A DNA stretch of 64,000 nucleotides from an uncultured Thermoprotei archaeon (lineage in GTDB: Archaea > Thermoproteota > Thermoprotei > Thermofilales > B15-G2): contig CBDUKN010000002.1 in the NCBI GenBank assembly GCA_965367815.1, positions 1 to 64,000 on the forward strand. The letters are read 5' to 3'. How positions within the stretch are numbered: position 1 is the stretch's first letter; each line of letters opens with the position of its first letter. The notes below the pieces were generated by a model. The model was not told the origin of the DNA and ran no database searches. It saw nothing but the letters and a program-made list of their open reading frames with translations. Both the position numbers and the translations under genes were made by a program. Positions 1 through 8,931 of this stretch are shown in pieces.

Positions 1-42
1 CAGAACGAATCCTTTCTGTATTTCGTCTATAATCGAGCTCAC
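1..42 (-). CDS. 5' end of a divergent element gene (MSSIIDEIQKGFVL...), truncated by the window
   Basis: ATTTTTA...GGTGGGAGG-GTG AGC TCG ATT on the minus strand, the same start module as neighbouring genes; open to the window edge. Confidence 0.6.
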   Translation of the reverse strand, partial: MSSIIDEIQKGFVL

Positions 43-126
43 CCTCCCACCTTAGGGTAATGGTGTTTAAAAATCGGCGGAGGGTTCCGGCAATTTTTAT
101 TCTAGTTCAAGTCCGGGTGAGAGGGG

Positions 127-567
127 GTGGGCTCGAAAATAAGCGAATACCTCTCAGAGAGCATCTACATAAGAGATAAAGCTCGAAGAGAGCTCTGGAG
201 AGTACAATGGATCTACGACCCTAAGACAAAGCTACTTTATGTCTTCGCGCCTTCCTCTAAAAAAGACAAGTACTATGAAATAATAATCCACAGGACTGGG
301 CAAGTAGAAAAGCTTTGTGAGTGCCCAGCGAGCCGTCAAGGGAAAAAATGCTGGCACATGCATGCTGCCGCAGTAATCTACAACAAGGTTAATGAGCACA
401 CTTACACAGAACCCGTCTACGGAAAAGGAGACCGAGAAAGATTCACAGGAGAAGACGCCTACAGAGCGCTAGATGAACTAGAAAAACAAACAGACAGCTA
501 CGTAGATCTCTCAAGAATATCGCCTACTCTTAAAACTCTGCTAGATTTTGTCGAGGGATTTCTATGA
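127..567 (+). CDS. SWIM zinc-finger protein
   Basis: CECPASRQGKKCWH = CxC-x7-CxH SWIM motif. Confidence 0.8.
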   Translation: MGSKISEYLSESIYIRDKARRELWRVQWIYDPKTKLLYVFAPSSKKDKYYEIIIHRTGQVEKLCECPASRQGKKCWHMHAAAVIYNKVNEHTYTEPVYGKGDRERFTGEDAYRALDELEKQTDSYVDLSRISPTLKTLLDFVEGFL

Positions 568-2150
568 CGGTGCTAGAGCTGACTAGAGAAAATGTTCTCG
601 AAGTGATAAGAGAGCTTCAAGAATTCTTCAAGGGGCTTAGAGAAGAAGTAGAAGTCTATGTTGCCTCCCAGGTGGCAGGCTTGCCTACGCTTCTTATTGG
701 AGGTCACGGCACAGGTAAAACAACTCTAGTTAAAGCGTTCTACAGCACACTAGTAGTAAAAGAGAGAGACTCCTATAGACCTCTCAAAACCTTCATGCTC
801 TTGCTGAAAGAAAGACATACACCAATGGACGTTTTCTACAGCTACCACTTGCCTTCACTGATGAAAGGAGTCGAGAAAATAGTGCCTAAAGCTATTGGAG
901 CAGAAGCAGTCTACTTAGACGAAATCTTCTCAAACCAGCTTGTCTTGAGCGCTCTCAAAGACTTCCTCGAAGAAAGAGTATACGACAGCTACCACTGTAA
1001 ATGGCTCTTCTTCACAGCTAGCACTAATCCCCCTAACCAGTACTACCAGAACATACTTCAGTTAAGCAATATGGCGGACTTAGACCGCTTCGACGTAGTA
1101 GTACCGTTTGAGTCTAGGCTCGGAGCAGACTTATTCGAAATAACAAGCCTGTTCGCGGAAGCCTCCGAGAGGAGAGTAGCGCCTCAGCTTTCAGCAAAAC
1201 TAGATGTGAGCAATATTATTGAAGTGAGGAAAGAAGTAATGAGTATTGAAGTAGGCTCTAAAGCGAAGTCAACACTAGCCCTGTTCGGACATGTCTACAG
1301 TGCATGCGTTTTCGAGGACGAAGACAGGCAAAGACACTTCCTTGATAAGTTCTCAGTGCTGGGAGAGGTACCTTGTATGAGATGCACTTTCAGAGGAAGC
1401 CTCTGTAGCAAATTTGCTATACAGCCCTGTAGACTCATACGCTCAACGATAGCTCTCGCCAAAGCCTTGGCGTGGCTACGTGGGGAAAACAGAGTACACT
1501 ACGAGACTGTAATTAAAGCGCTTCACTACACTCTGCCCTTGAGGCTAGTTATCGTAGACGAGAGTACTAAAAACAAAGTGGCTACAGTTAGAGAAGCTGT
1601 AAATGTAGCTATAAGAGAGTTCACAAAGTGGGTAGATGACCACAGGAGGCTTCTCAAAGAACTTAGAACCGCTGTAGAGCTGGCGAAGCGGGGCAAAGTA
1701 AACGACGCTATTAGAGCACTAAATGACTTAAGCTACCGCTACAACAACGACCCAGTAGCACTATCACTAGTACACAGCATTGCACTAAAAATAAACAGAG
1801 CTAAAGAAGAGATAGAAGCATTCATAGAAAAAACAGCAGACAAAAAAGTACTAAAATACTTCATTGAGAATAAAACAGATTTCAAAGACAAAGCCTATAG
1901 GAGACTCAAGAAAGTACTAGACATAACTGAAGCATACAGGTGGGGTGAAGAAGCAAAAAGACTGTTAAACAAACTGCTAATGAAGGGACTTATAAGTGAA
2001 AAAGAATTCGATGCACTCAGCATGATTTTGACAGGACTACAGAAAAGAGAGCATGAACAGTATCTGAGAGAAGATATTAGGATAGTAGTGAGATGGAATG
2101 AAGTAATAATAGAGGGGCCGAAGAAAACAGTAGAAGATCTACTAAAGTAG
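564..2150 (+). CDS. MoxR/RavA-like AAA+ ATPase
   Basis: Walker A GGHGTGKTT, Walker B VYLDE, sensor ASTNP, DLDRF Arg finger; ATGA overlap with the SWIM gene; extra CxxC..C cluster. Confidence 0.85.
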   Translation: MTVLELTRENVLEVIRELQEFFKGLREEVEVYVASQVAGLPTLLIGGHGTGKTTLVKAFYSTLVVKERDSYRPLKTFMLLLKERHTPMDVFYSYHLPSLMKGVEKIVPKAIGAEAVYLDEIFSNQLVLSALKDFLEERVYDSYHCKWLFFTASTNPPNQYYQNILQLSNMADLDRFDVVVPFESRLGADLFEITSLFAEASERRVAPQLSAKLDVSNIIEVRKEVMSIEVGSKAKSTLALFGHVYSACVFEDEDRQRHFLDKFSVLGEVPCMRCTFRGSLCSKFAIQPCRLIRSTIALAKALAWLRGENRVHYETVIKALHYTLPLRLVIVDESTKNKVATVREAVNVAIREFTKWVDDHRRLLKELRTAVELAKRGKVNDAIRALNDLSYRYNNDPVALSLVHSIALKINRAKEEIEAFIEKTADKKVLKYFIENKTDFKDKAYRRLKKVLDITEAYRWGEEAKRLLNKLLMKGLISEKEFDALSMILTGLQKREHEQYLREDIRIVVRWNEVIIEGPKKTVEDLLK

Positions 2151-2172
2151 CCATTTTTAACACGGAAAACTT

Positions 2173-2412
2173 TTGATGGAAGAGGGGTGGGCTCAAGAAT
2201 TAAGCGAAGTAACAAAAGAACTAGTAAAAGAAATATACAGTCTACTATGCAGACTTCACGGCGTTGTAATAGCGACAGGCGTTTTCCACGATATCTATGA
2301 GTACTTCTTAGAAAGCTACAAGGAGCTACTAGAGATAAGCGACATCGAAGAAAAGTACTCTAAAGCAGTCGCTCTACTAGCGTCAATTGAAGAATATTTT
2401 CCTGTACTATAA
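2173..2412 (+). CDS. Small helical hypothetical protein (start uncertain; possible frameshift near 2200)
   Basis: 79-aa ORF; the conserved start module puts GTG at 2187, one frame off. Confidence 0.5.
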   Translation: MMEEGWAQELSEVTKELVKEIYSLLCRLHGVVIATGVFHDIYEYFLESYKELLEISDIEEKYSKAVALLASIEEYFPVL

Positions 2413-2468
2413 TTTCTTATTTTTCTTCCACCCCCATTTTTATTCTCCTTCTTTCTCGGTGAGAGGGG

Positions 2469-3890
2469 GTGAGTTCGATAAATAAGGTTCTCGAAGAAAT
2501 ACGGCTATCGCATATTCCCTTACCTCCTCCGCATACTCTTCAGCTAAATTCTAAGGTAAATGTGCCTTACTGCGACTTAGCTACAAGAGTAATTACACTT
2601 AACCCACTATCAAAGAGCATTGAGTGGGATTATAGGCACGAGATAGAGCACTTGAATAAGTGGCCTCGAAGACTGAAGGAAGAATTCAAACACTACTATA
2701 AGGCACTTAAACTTCTACCGGAGAGCGACAAGAAGTTTTTCAGAAAATACAGGTACATCATAGCTAATATTGTCTACGATGCCTTCATAGACTATGAGCT
2801 TTCTCAGAAATATCCTATGGTGAAAGAGCAGATTAAAGCATATCTGAGAGCGTCGGGAGCCTCCAATATACTAGATGAGGCTAGAAAGCTCGCTGTAGAA
2901 GGAAAGAAAGCAAAATGGCTCAACGAAGAAAAGCCATGGCTTTCCTTTATCCATGTCTTTAAGTGGATTAAGAAGCATGGAGTTCCTAGAGTTAGAAGAG
3001 ACTACAGGTCTCCTGTGAGCCCAGAGGAAGTAGCTGAGGCGGTAGTAGAGCTGGTAGATGAAGGCGAAGACGAGAAGAGAGTACTGGAGGAAGCAGAAAG
3101 ACTTCTCAAGAAGCCTCTACCCTACGATAAAATAGTAGAAGCGTTGATTAAAAGCAGATTCAATTTCGCCGTTAAAATGATTTTCGAGTGTAAAATAGCG
3201 GTTAAAGCAGTAAGGAAGACTTACGGTATTTGGCGTCTAGGCGAGCCAGTAGACCAATTATTAGTGAGAGAAACAGTGCGCTCCTACGGAATAGTAATTC
3301 CCTCACATAACACGCTCAAAGAAGTCGAAGTAGAGGCGAGAAAAGGAGTCCTCAAAAAGACTCGTGGCGGGGCGCGCGTAGCTTTAGTAGTAGATTCTTC
3401 TGGCTCAATGTCAGACTACTTGACTTACGCTAGAGACGCGGCGCTAATGTTGATCGGCTTCGCGAAGAAATACGAGTACCCGGTGCTCTTAGTGACTTTC
3501 AATTCCTCGGTGCCGTTTTCTTCGAAGGGGTGGCGGAAAGACTACTTCAAGCTAGCAAAAGAATTCGTGTACGCCTATGGGGCGGGCGGAAACACCTACA
3601 TTACACCGGCGCTCAGAGAAGTACTGAGGTATGCTGAAGAAAACACGACAGTCTACATTATAAGCGACATGGATATCCACGACATAGATCAAGCCTACAG
3701 CGAGTTCAGGAAGCTGAGCTCTTTTAAGCCGAAGCTAGTGCTGTTTCTCATTAGCCCGAGCCTACAGGAAGTAGAAGAAGTATGCCGTGTAGTAAAGCAG
3801 GCTGGAGTAAGCGATGTCAAAGGATACTGGGTTAATCCGAGGGAAGCAAAAAAGCTGACAGAATACGTTATAAAAGAAATAATTAAGTAA
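2469..3890 (+). CDS. vWA-domain protein with N-terminal HEXXH metallopeptidase-like region
   Basis: HEIEH near the N-terminus; MIDAS DSSGSM, GGNT, ISD. Confidence 0.85.
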   Translation: MSSINKVLEEIRLSHIPLPPPHTLQLNSKVNVPYCDLATRVITLNPLSKSIEWDYRHEIEHLNKWPRRLKEEFKHYYKALKLLPESDKKFFRKYRYIIANIVYDAFIDYELSQKYPMVKEQIKAYLRASGASNILDEARKLAVEGKKAKWLNEEKPWLSFIHVFKWIKKHGVPRVRRDYRSPVSPEEVAEAVVELVDEGEDEKRVLEEAERLLKKPLPYDKIVEALIKSRFNFAVKMIFECKIAVKAVRKTYGIWRLGEPVDQLLVRETVRSYGIVIPSHNTLKEVEVEARKGVLKKTRGGARVALVVDSSGSMSDYLTYARDAALMLIGFAKKYEYPVLLVTFNSSVPFSSKGWRKDYFKLAKEFVYAYGAGGNTYITPALREVLRYAEENTTVYIISDMDIHDIDQAYSEFRKLSSFKPKLVLFLISPSLQEVEEVCRVVKQAGVSDVKGYWVNPREAKKLTEYVIKEIIK

Positions 3891-4029
3891 AGTTTTGCTT
3901 AAACGCCGCTACTATTTCAGCGATTTTCAGCAGGAAGCCGTACTTAGGGTCCTTGAGGTACTTCTCGTACATTTTCGGGTTTTTCTCCCTATACTTCACT
4001 ATTTCCTCCGCCAACTCCGCTAAATTCAC
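3883..4029 (-). CDS. 48-aa hypothetical protein coupled to the integrase (not in the ORF track)
   Basis: GTG overlaps the integrase TGA (GTGA); MNLAELAEEIVKYREKNPKMYEKYLKDPKYGFLLKIAEIVAAFKQNFT; fills the gap exactly. Confidence 0.65.
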   Translation of the reverse strand: MNLAELAEEIVKYREKNPKMYEKYLKDPKYGFLLKIAEIVAAFKQNFT

Positions 4030-5189
4030 GTAGACTGCTGGCTATTTAAATCAGCTTTCACCAAGTCAAGTATCTTTGACAGTAGCTCAGGGTTATCTCT
4101 AATCTTCTTCTCAAGGAGTCTAAGCAACTTGATGAAGCGCTCTTCTTCTCTCAAAGCCTTTTCTCTGAGCTCCTCTGTATCCAGCTTGGTTCCGCAGCGA
4201 GGACAGTACTGTGCACTAAACTCTATTCTGAGCCCGCACTTAGGGCAGAACAGAGTTTTCCTCTCCTCTTTCTTTATTCCGTATAATTCTCTGACAGTTT
4301 CTTCGAGGTCGTCTACAGTTATTTTAGCGTATACATCTATCATTTTCCGCGTCTTCCACCCAAAGTACTTCATTAAGAGTAGTTCAGTAAACTTTCTTTC
4401 TTTGTACATTTCTGTAGCTCTCAAGTGCCTCAAGTTATGTGGGAGGAGTAGCTTCGGGTTGAGTCCTATTCTTTTACAAAGTCTGTGAATATACATGGTT
4501 AGCGCAGAAGGCCTAATAGGTTCCCCGAATGTATTGTAGAAAAGCCAGTCTTCTCTCTCCTTAGATCTGTGTTGCTGAAGCCACTCTCTCAGAACATAAG
4601 CATACCTTATTACGAAGACTGTGCGGGGGAGGCTTTTAGAGTACTTTACTCTAACACGGTAGCCTATATCCCAGTCTTCTACGTCGCCGTACTTGAGGCT
4701 GAGTGCTTCACAGCGCCTCAAGCCTCCTTCGTAGAGCATGACTATAATAGACTTGTAGGGCTGGCGGGCGCACTGAATAAGTCTGTTTACGTCCATTGAG
4801 CTGGGTAGCTCGGGAAGCTTTACTTTCTCTTTAGGGTACTTTATTTGCCTAGAAAGCCTGTAGAACACAGGGTGCTCTTTAATATTTGCTTTAGCGAAGC
4901 ACCTAATAGCCCTCACATACACTTTTCTGCTCAAAGGATTAGATATTGAAGACAAGTACTCTTCAACGTCGTCTAGCTCAAGGTCGTCTAGACTTTTACC
5001 CAGCTTCTGGACATAATTTAAGAACAGAAGGCTCCTGTTCAAGTAAGTGTAGAGAGTATCCGGTGAAAGCCCCCGGACAACACAGTGCCTATAAAGCCTA
5101 ACTAAGTCCTCGTAAAGCTCACTCGAAAGCTCTTTCTCAGCTCTCTCCATTAAAGCCCTAATAGTACTCTCAGTATGGTGCCGAATCAC
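4026..5189 (-). CDS. Tyrosine recombinase/integrase with C-terminal zinc ribbon
   Basis: GLRRCE (R), HNLRH (HxxR), YFGW, catalytic Y in DVYA; CPKC..CPRC. Confidence 0.93.
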   Translation of the reverse strand: MIRHHTESTIRALMERAEKELSSELYEDLVRLYRHCVVRGLSPDTLYTYLNRSLLFLNYVQKLGKSLDDLELDDVEEYLSSISNPLSRKVYVRAIRCFAKANIKEHPVFYRLSRQIKYPKEKVKLPELPSSMDVNRLIQCARQPYKSIIVMLYEGGLRRCEALSLKYGDVEDWDIGYRVRVKYSKSLPRTVFVIRYAYVLREWLQQHRSKEREDWLFYNTFGEPIRPSALTMYIHRLCKRIGLNPKLLLPHNLRHLRATEMYKERKFTELLLMKYFGWKTRKMIDVYAKITVDDLEETVRELYGIKKEERKTLFCPKCGLRIEFSAQYCPRCGTKLDTEELREKALREEERFIKLLRLLEKKIRDNPELLSKILDLVKADLNSQQST

Positions 5190-5233
5190 AGAAAAACCAG
5201 AGCTTATAAATCGGAACTCTCCACTACTAGGGG

Positions 5234-5283
5234 TCAGCTCCTGCCGAAGTCTTCATCGCTCAGAAGGGGCTAAACTTCATCAC
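5234..5283 (-). ncRNA. Box C/D guide sRNA
   Basis: GTGATGA-agtttagcccctt-CTGA-gcg-ATGAAGA-cttcggcaggag-CTGA; guides complement GGGGCUAAAC and CCUGCCGAAG, resembling adjacent 23S segments (E. coli ~1135-1157, from recall). Confidence 0.88.
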
Positions 5284-5618
5284 CGTTATTTACATTTTTT
5301 GGGCACTTATATTCATTGTGATAAAGTCTTGTCAAAATGCATTGTTGTTTCCTTTATATTATTTCCTTGTTCTAAAATTAATTGAGATTATTTGAACAAA
5401 TATAAAAAGATAGAATAATATTTAAATTAAATCAACGAATGCTTAGGCAACTTGATCAAAGTGTAGAATAAATTATTGTAAATTATAATATTTAAATGAG
5501 TTTAAATTAATTTTAATAATTAAGGGTGAATATGCATTAAATAGTTGTCTTTCGCTGAAATTTTAATCATCGTTTAGACGACGGAGACGTTTTAAAACCA
5601 TTGTCTCGTAAATTCTCC

Positions 5619-5790
5619 TTATTTTCTCGAAGTCTCCTTTAAAAATGAACACTCCTTAATGCAGACTCTGCAGCCAAGGGTCTTAGAGAATGCTACTACG
5701 CATTTCGTATAATTTATGTACTGTTTACGTCCATCAGACAAAATCTTGGGTTCAGGATAAATAGCGTTACCAGGAACACATGCGGACTGT
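5619..5790 (-). pseudogene. Remnant of a 4Fe-4S (QueG/ferredoxin-like) protein
   Basis: ACVPGNAI...INYTKC...GCRVCIKECSF degenerate cluster motifs; no credible N-terminus. Confidence 0.45.
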
Positions 5791-5874
5791 TTTAATCGTT
5801 TGAGTACTAGGTATGCTCTAGGTTCTTTCTCATTACGGCAGAATGCTTTAATTACTAGGAGTCTATTACACTCC

Positions 5875-6705
5875 ATGAAGCTACAGTCCTCTGAGGAGCC
5901 TATTCTACCTGATGGCGTCCTCTATCATATTCGATGCAAAAAGGGAGATATTGCTCCTTATGTTCTACTGCCCGGTGACCCAAGTAGAGTGCCTAAAATT
6001 GCATCTTTCTGGGACGAAGCTAGAGAAATTATTAGACATAGGGAATACGTAACCTACACTGGAAAGTATAAGGGTGTACCTATATCGGCTACTTCAACTG
6101 GTATCGGCGGCCCTTCTACAGCAATTGCTATTGAGGAGCTCGCTCGAGTGGGCGCCAATACTTTCATTAGAGTGGGGTCTACTGGCGCTCTTCAACCTGA
6201 TATCAGAGTAGGAGACCTTATTATTTCGACAGCTTCGATCAGATTCGACGGAGTAACTAAAATCTACGTATACCCTGAGTACCCTGCTGTAGCACATTAT
6301 GAGGTAGTCTTAGCCTTAATCGAGGCGGCTGAATCACATGGAGTAAAGTATCACGTGGGCATAACTGCTAGCACTGACTCATTTTATGTTGGTCAAGGTA
6401 GAAAAGGATTCAAAGGCTACATGCCTAAATGGTGTAGAGGAATTGTAGATGAGCTGAGGGAAATGAATGTTCTCAATTTTGAAATGGAGAGCTCTACGAT
6501 CTTTACCTTGTCTAATTTATACGGCCTTAGGGCAGGCGGAGTTTACGCTGTGTACGATAATGCGATTACTGGCGAGTTTGTGGCAGGTGCAGGTGAAGAA
6601 GACGCTATTAGGGTAGCCTGTGAGGCAGTAAAAATTCTCTATGAATGGAACAGAGCTAAGTCTAATAAGTCTAAAAAGTACTTTTATCCTAGCTTGGTGA
6701 AGTAA
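5875..6705 (+). CDS. udp: Uridine/nucleoside phosphorylase
   Basis: LLPGDPSR, STGIGGPS, FIRVGSTG, NFEMES; probable start ATG 5875. Confidence 0.88.
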   Translation: MKLQSSEEPILPDGVLYHIRCKKGDIAPYVLLPGDPSRVPKIASFWDEAREIIRHREYVTYTGKYKGVPISATSTGIGGPSTAIAIEELARVGANTFIRVGSTGALQPDIRVGDLIISTASIRFDGVTKIYVYPEYPAVAHYEVVLALIEAAESHGVKYHVGITASTDSFYVGQGRKGFKGYMPKWCRGIVDELREMNVLNFEMESSTIFTLSNLYGLRAGGVYAVYDNAITGEFVAGAGEEDAIRVACEAVKILYEWNRAKSNKSKKYFYPSLVK

Positions 6706-8584
6706 GCTGCTTTACAGTGACTCCACCATAGCCTACATAAATCAGTTTGTCCGGGTTAAGCACTTTTATTAATTCGGGTTTATGTGTGACAACTATTAGG
6801 CTTACTTTGTGTTCTCTGGCTATTTTAGCTAATTTTCTAGCTACTCGTTGAGCAGTTAAAGTATCTAGATGTGAACAGAATTCATCTATTATTATTAAGT
6901 TTGGTTTTTCTGCGAGTAAGCTAGCTATTTTTGCGCGTTCTTTTTGTCCTGTAGATAGTTCGCTGAATCTTGCTCTGTAGAATACTGCATCAGATAGCCC
7001 TGAGTAGTTTAAGACTTCTATTGCCGAAACTATGTCTCCCAGTTTCCTGTATATGTGTTCTAGTATTGTTTCTTCACCGAAGTTAGGCTCTATTTCACCG
7101 GGAAGCATACATGCCAATTTGACGTCATCAGGTACCTTTACTTCACCCGAGTCCGGTATGTATCGCTCTCCTTCAAGTCCTAGGACTTTACCTATTATCA
7201 GGCGAAGTAGAGTAGTTTTTCCTGCACCTGATATTCCTACAACAACTGCTATTTCTCCTGGACAAATCTCTAGATTAACGTCCTTTAGAACATATCTTTG
7301 CACTATTCTTTTTTCAACTCCAAATGCCTTTAATACGTCTTGAATATCTCCAGGAAGATTACTTATATCTAATTCTGTTGTATACATTTTTGTAACATTT
7401 CTCAATATTATCTTATCTTTAAATGGGTGTGAAGGTTTATATGAAGATTTATATAATTTACCCTTATGTTCTCTAGCGTAGGGATCTTCTTCTAGATACT
7501 TTTCTATGAGTCTTCTAGCAATATCAGTCAGCGGGTAAGCTAAATACGGTCTTTTAGATTTTGTTTCAAATAGGTATACGAAGCCTACTTTCTCGAAAAA
7601 GGGATTGTACCTAGCCATCTGGGCTATTGTCTCGACAACATGTTTTTCTTTCTTCATTTCAGGTACTCTAAAGTTTTTAATCCATTCTAGAGCTGATGTA
7701 ACGGCTAGCATGCCGAGTCCTTCTCCTCTATAGTCTGGATGAATCACTACTCTCGAAATTCTCGCCGCAGCTGTATTGCATATTCTCACAGCTTTCTTTT
7801 TGATTAACTCAAAGAACTCTTTTCTTGAAAGTCTTCTGCTTTTCGCTTTCTTTAGGTCTCGGTAAATTAAAGCAAGGTTTTTCGAGAGTCTTTCAGGCCA
7901 GAAAGTTGGATAGAACCAGTCTCTAGGAAATATTTTCACTCTAATATTTTCGTCTATTTTTCCATCAGGAAGTCTGCGGTGTACGAGAGGTATCGGCGGG
8001 TCTATTCTAACGTAGCCTACGACTTTAGGTTCATAGGGCTCTCTGTCGACGAGCTCTAGTATGAGGAAACGTGATACTGGTAGAGAGCCCTTTATTTCTA
8101 TCAATACAGCGTTCTCGGAGGGCTTAACGTTGCTTTCAACGAAACGCATTTCAGAGGGGTCCCACCATATGGCTACTAGTTCTTTCTTGGACGCATAGTG
8201 GTACTGCTCTAGTTCAACTATGTAGTAGAAGTCTTCTTCGTATATTGCTTCGCGAGCTAGTACACGATACCCGTAAAGAACCCCTCCTGTAAGCGGATCA
8301 CGTTTCTTTAAAACATATTCCTTATGGAAAACAGGCCAGAATCTTATTTTCTGGCCTCCATAGAACTTATGTAGCTCGAGCCGACCGTCTCGCTCTACCA
8401 CTTCGATTATTTCGCCTGGTCTAAGCCACTGCGCAATAGACCCCGGTATATTGATTTTCTCTACTTTTTCGCCGACTTTAACTTCTATTCTTCCTCTCCA
8501 TCTGAAGCTGTACTCGGGAATAGTTTTCTTAATAAGTCTTCCTCTAACTGCTCTAACAGAACTCTTTTCGGAATCCTTACCCAC
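6689..8584 (-). CDS. GNAT acetyltransferase-ABC ATPase fusion (COG2401-like)
   Basis: ISRVVIHPDYRGEGLG acetyl-CoA motif; GISGAGKTT, LSTGQ, IIIDE, VTH. Confidence 0.85.
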   Translation of the reverse strand: MGKDSEKSSVRAVRGRLIKKTIPEYSFRWRGRIEVKVGEKVEKINIPGSIAQWLRPGEIIEVVERDGRLELHKFYGGQKIRFWPVFHKEYVLKKRDPLTGGVLYGYRVLAREAIYEEDFYYIVELEQYHYASKKELVAIWWDPSEMRFVESNVKPSENAVLIEIKGSLPVSRFLILELVDREPYEPKVVGYVRIDPPIPLVHRRLPDGKIDENIRVKIFPRDWFYPTFWPERLSKNLALIYRDLKKAKSRRLSRKEFFELIKKKAVRICNTAAARISRVVIHPDYRGEGLGMLAVTSALEWIKNFRVPEMKKEKHVVETIAQMARYNPFFEKVGFVYLFETKSKRPYLAYPLTDIARRLIEKYLEEDPYAREHKGKLYKSSYKPSHPFKDKIILRNVTKMYTTELDISNLPGDIQDVLKAFGVEKRIVQRYVLKDVNLEICPGEIAVVVGISGAGKTTLLRLIIGKVLGLEGERYIPDSGEVKVPDDVKLACMLPGEIEPNFGEETILEHIYRKLGDIVSAIEVLNYSGLSDAVFYRARFSELSTGQKERAKIASLLAEKPNLIIIDEFCSHLDTLTAQRVARKLAKIAREHKVSLIVVTHKPELIKVLNPDKLIYVGYGGVTVKQLTSPS

Positions 8585-8931
8585 AGTTGAGCACCCCTGG
8601 GAAGGCTTATTTCTATAGGTTTATTTAGCTTAATAGGGTTTTCGAGAACCCACACATAGAGTACTCTTCGGTTCTCAGCATATTTCTCTAAATCCTCGTA
8701 TTTCACTAAATGGTACTGCTGGAAATCCTTAAGCTCGCTTACTGCCATCGGGATACTATCCACTAGCTCTACAAATCCTCTCAGAGTCCCTTTGCAAACT
8801 AGCCCTATTACTCCTCTAATTTTAGTGTTTCTTTTCCTAATTTCCCATTTCTTTAAGCCTTTGAGAATGTAAGTTACCCATGGTTCCTTAACGATCAAGG
8901 CTCTCAAGTATTCTTCGCTCAAGTAAATCAC
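8485..8931 (-). CDS. ASCH-domain protein
   Basis: ALIVKEPWVTYILKGLKKWEIR = ASCH GxKxxExR motif. Confidence 0.85.
   Translation of the reverse strand: MIYLSEEYLRALIVKEPWVTYILKGLKKWEIRKRNTKIRGVIGLVCKGTLRGFVELVDSIPMAVSELKDFQQYHLVKYEDLEKYAENRRVLYVWVLENPIKLNKPIEISLPRGAQLWVRIPKRVLLEQLEEDLLRKLFPSTASDGEEE

Larger units (their letters stand above)
1..5233. mobile_element. Right end of a putative integrated element (tyrosine integrase plus cargo); left end outside the window
   Basis: Intact tyrosine recombinase at the edge; cargo genes share a private start module; abrupt switch to very AT-rich DNA after ~5290. Confidence 0.7.

Noticed and set aside
1-5233. Classical integron (attC cassettes)
   Set aside because: No RYYYAAC...GTTRRRY palindromic attC sites between genes, and the genes have their own promoters.
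5800-5874. N-terminal extension of uridine phosphorylase in the ORF track
   Set aside because: The TTG-start extension looks non-homologous; ATG 5875 is more plausible.
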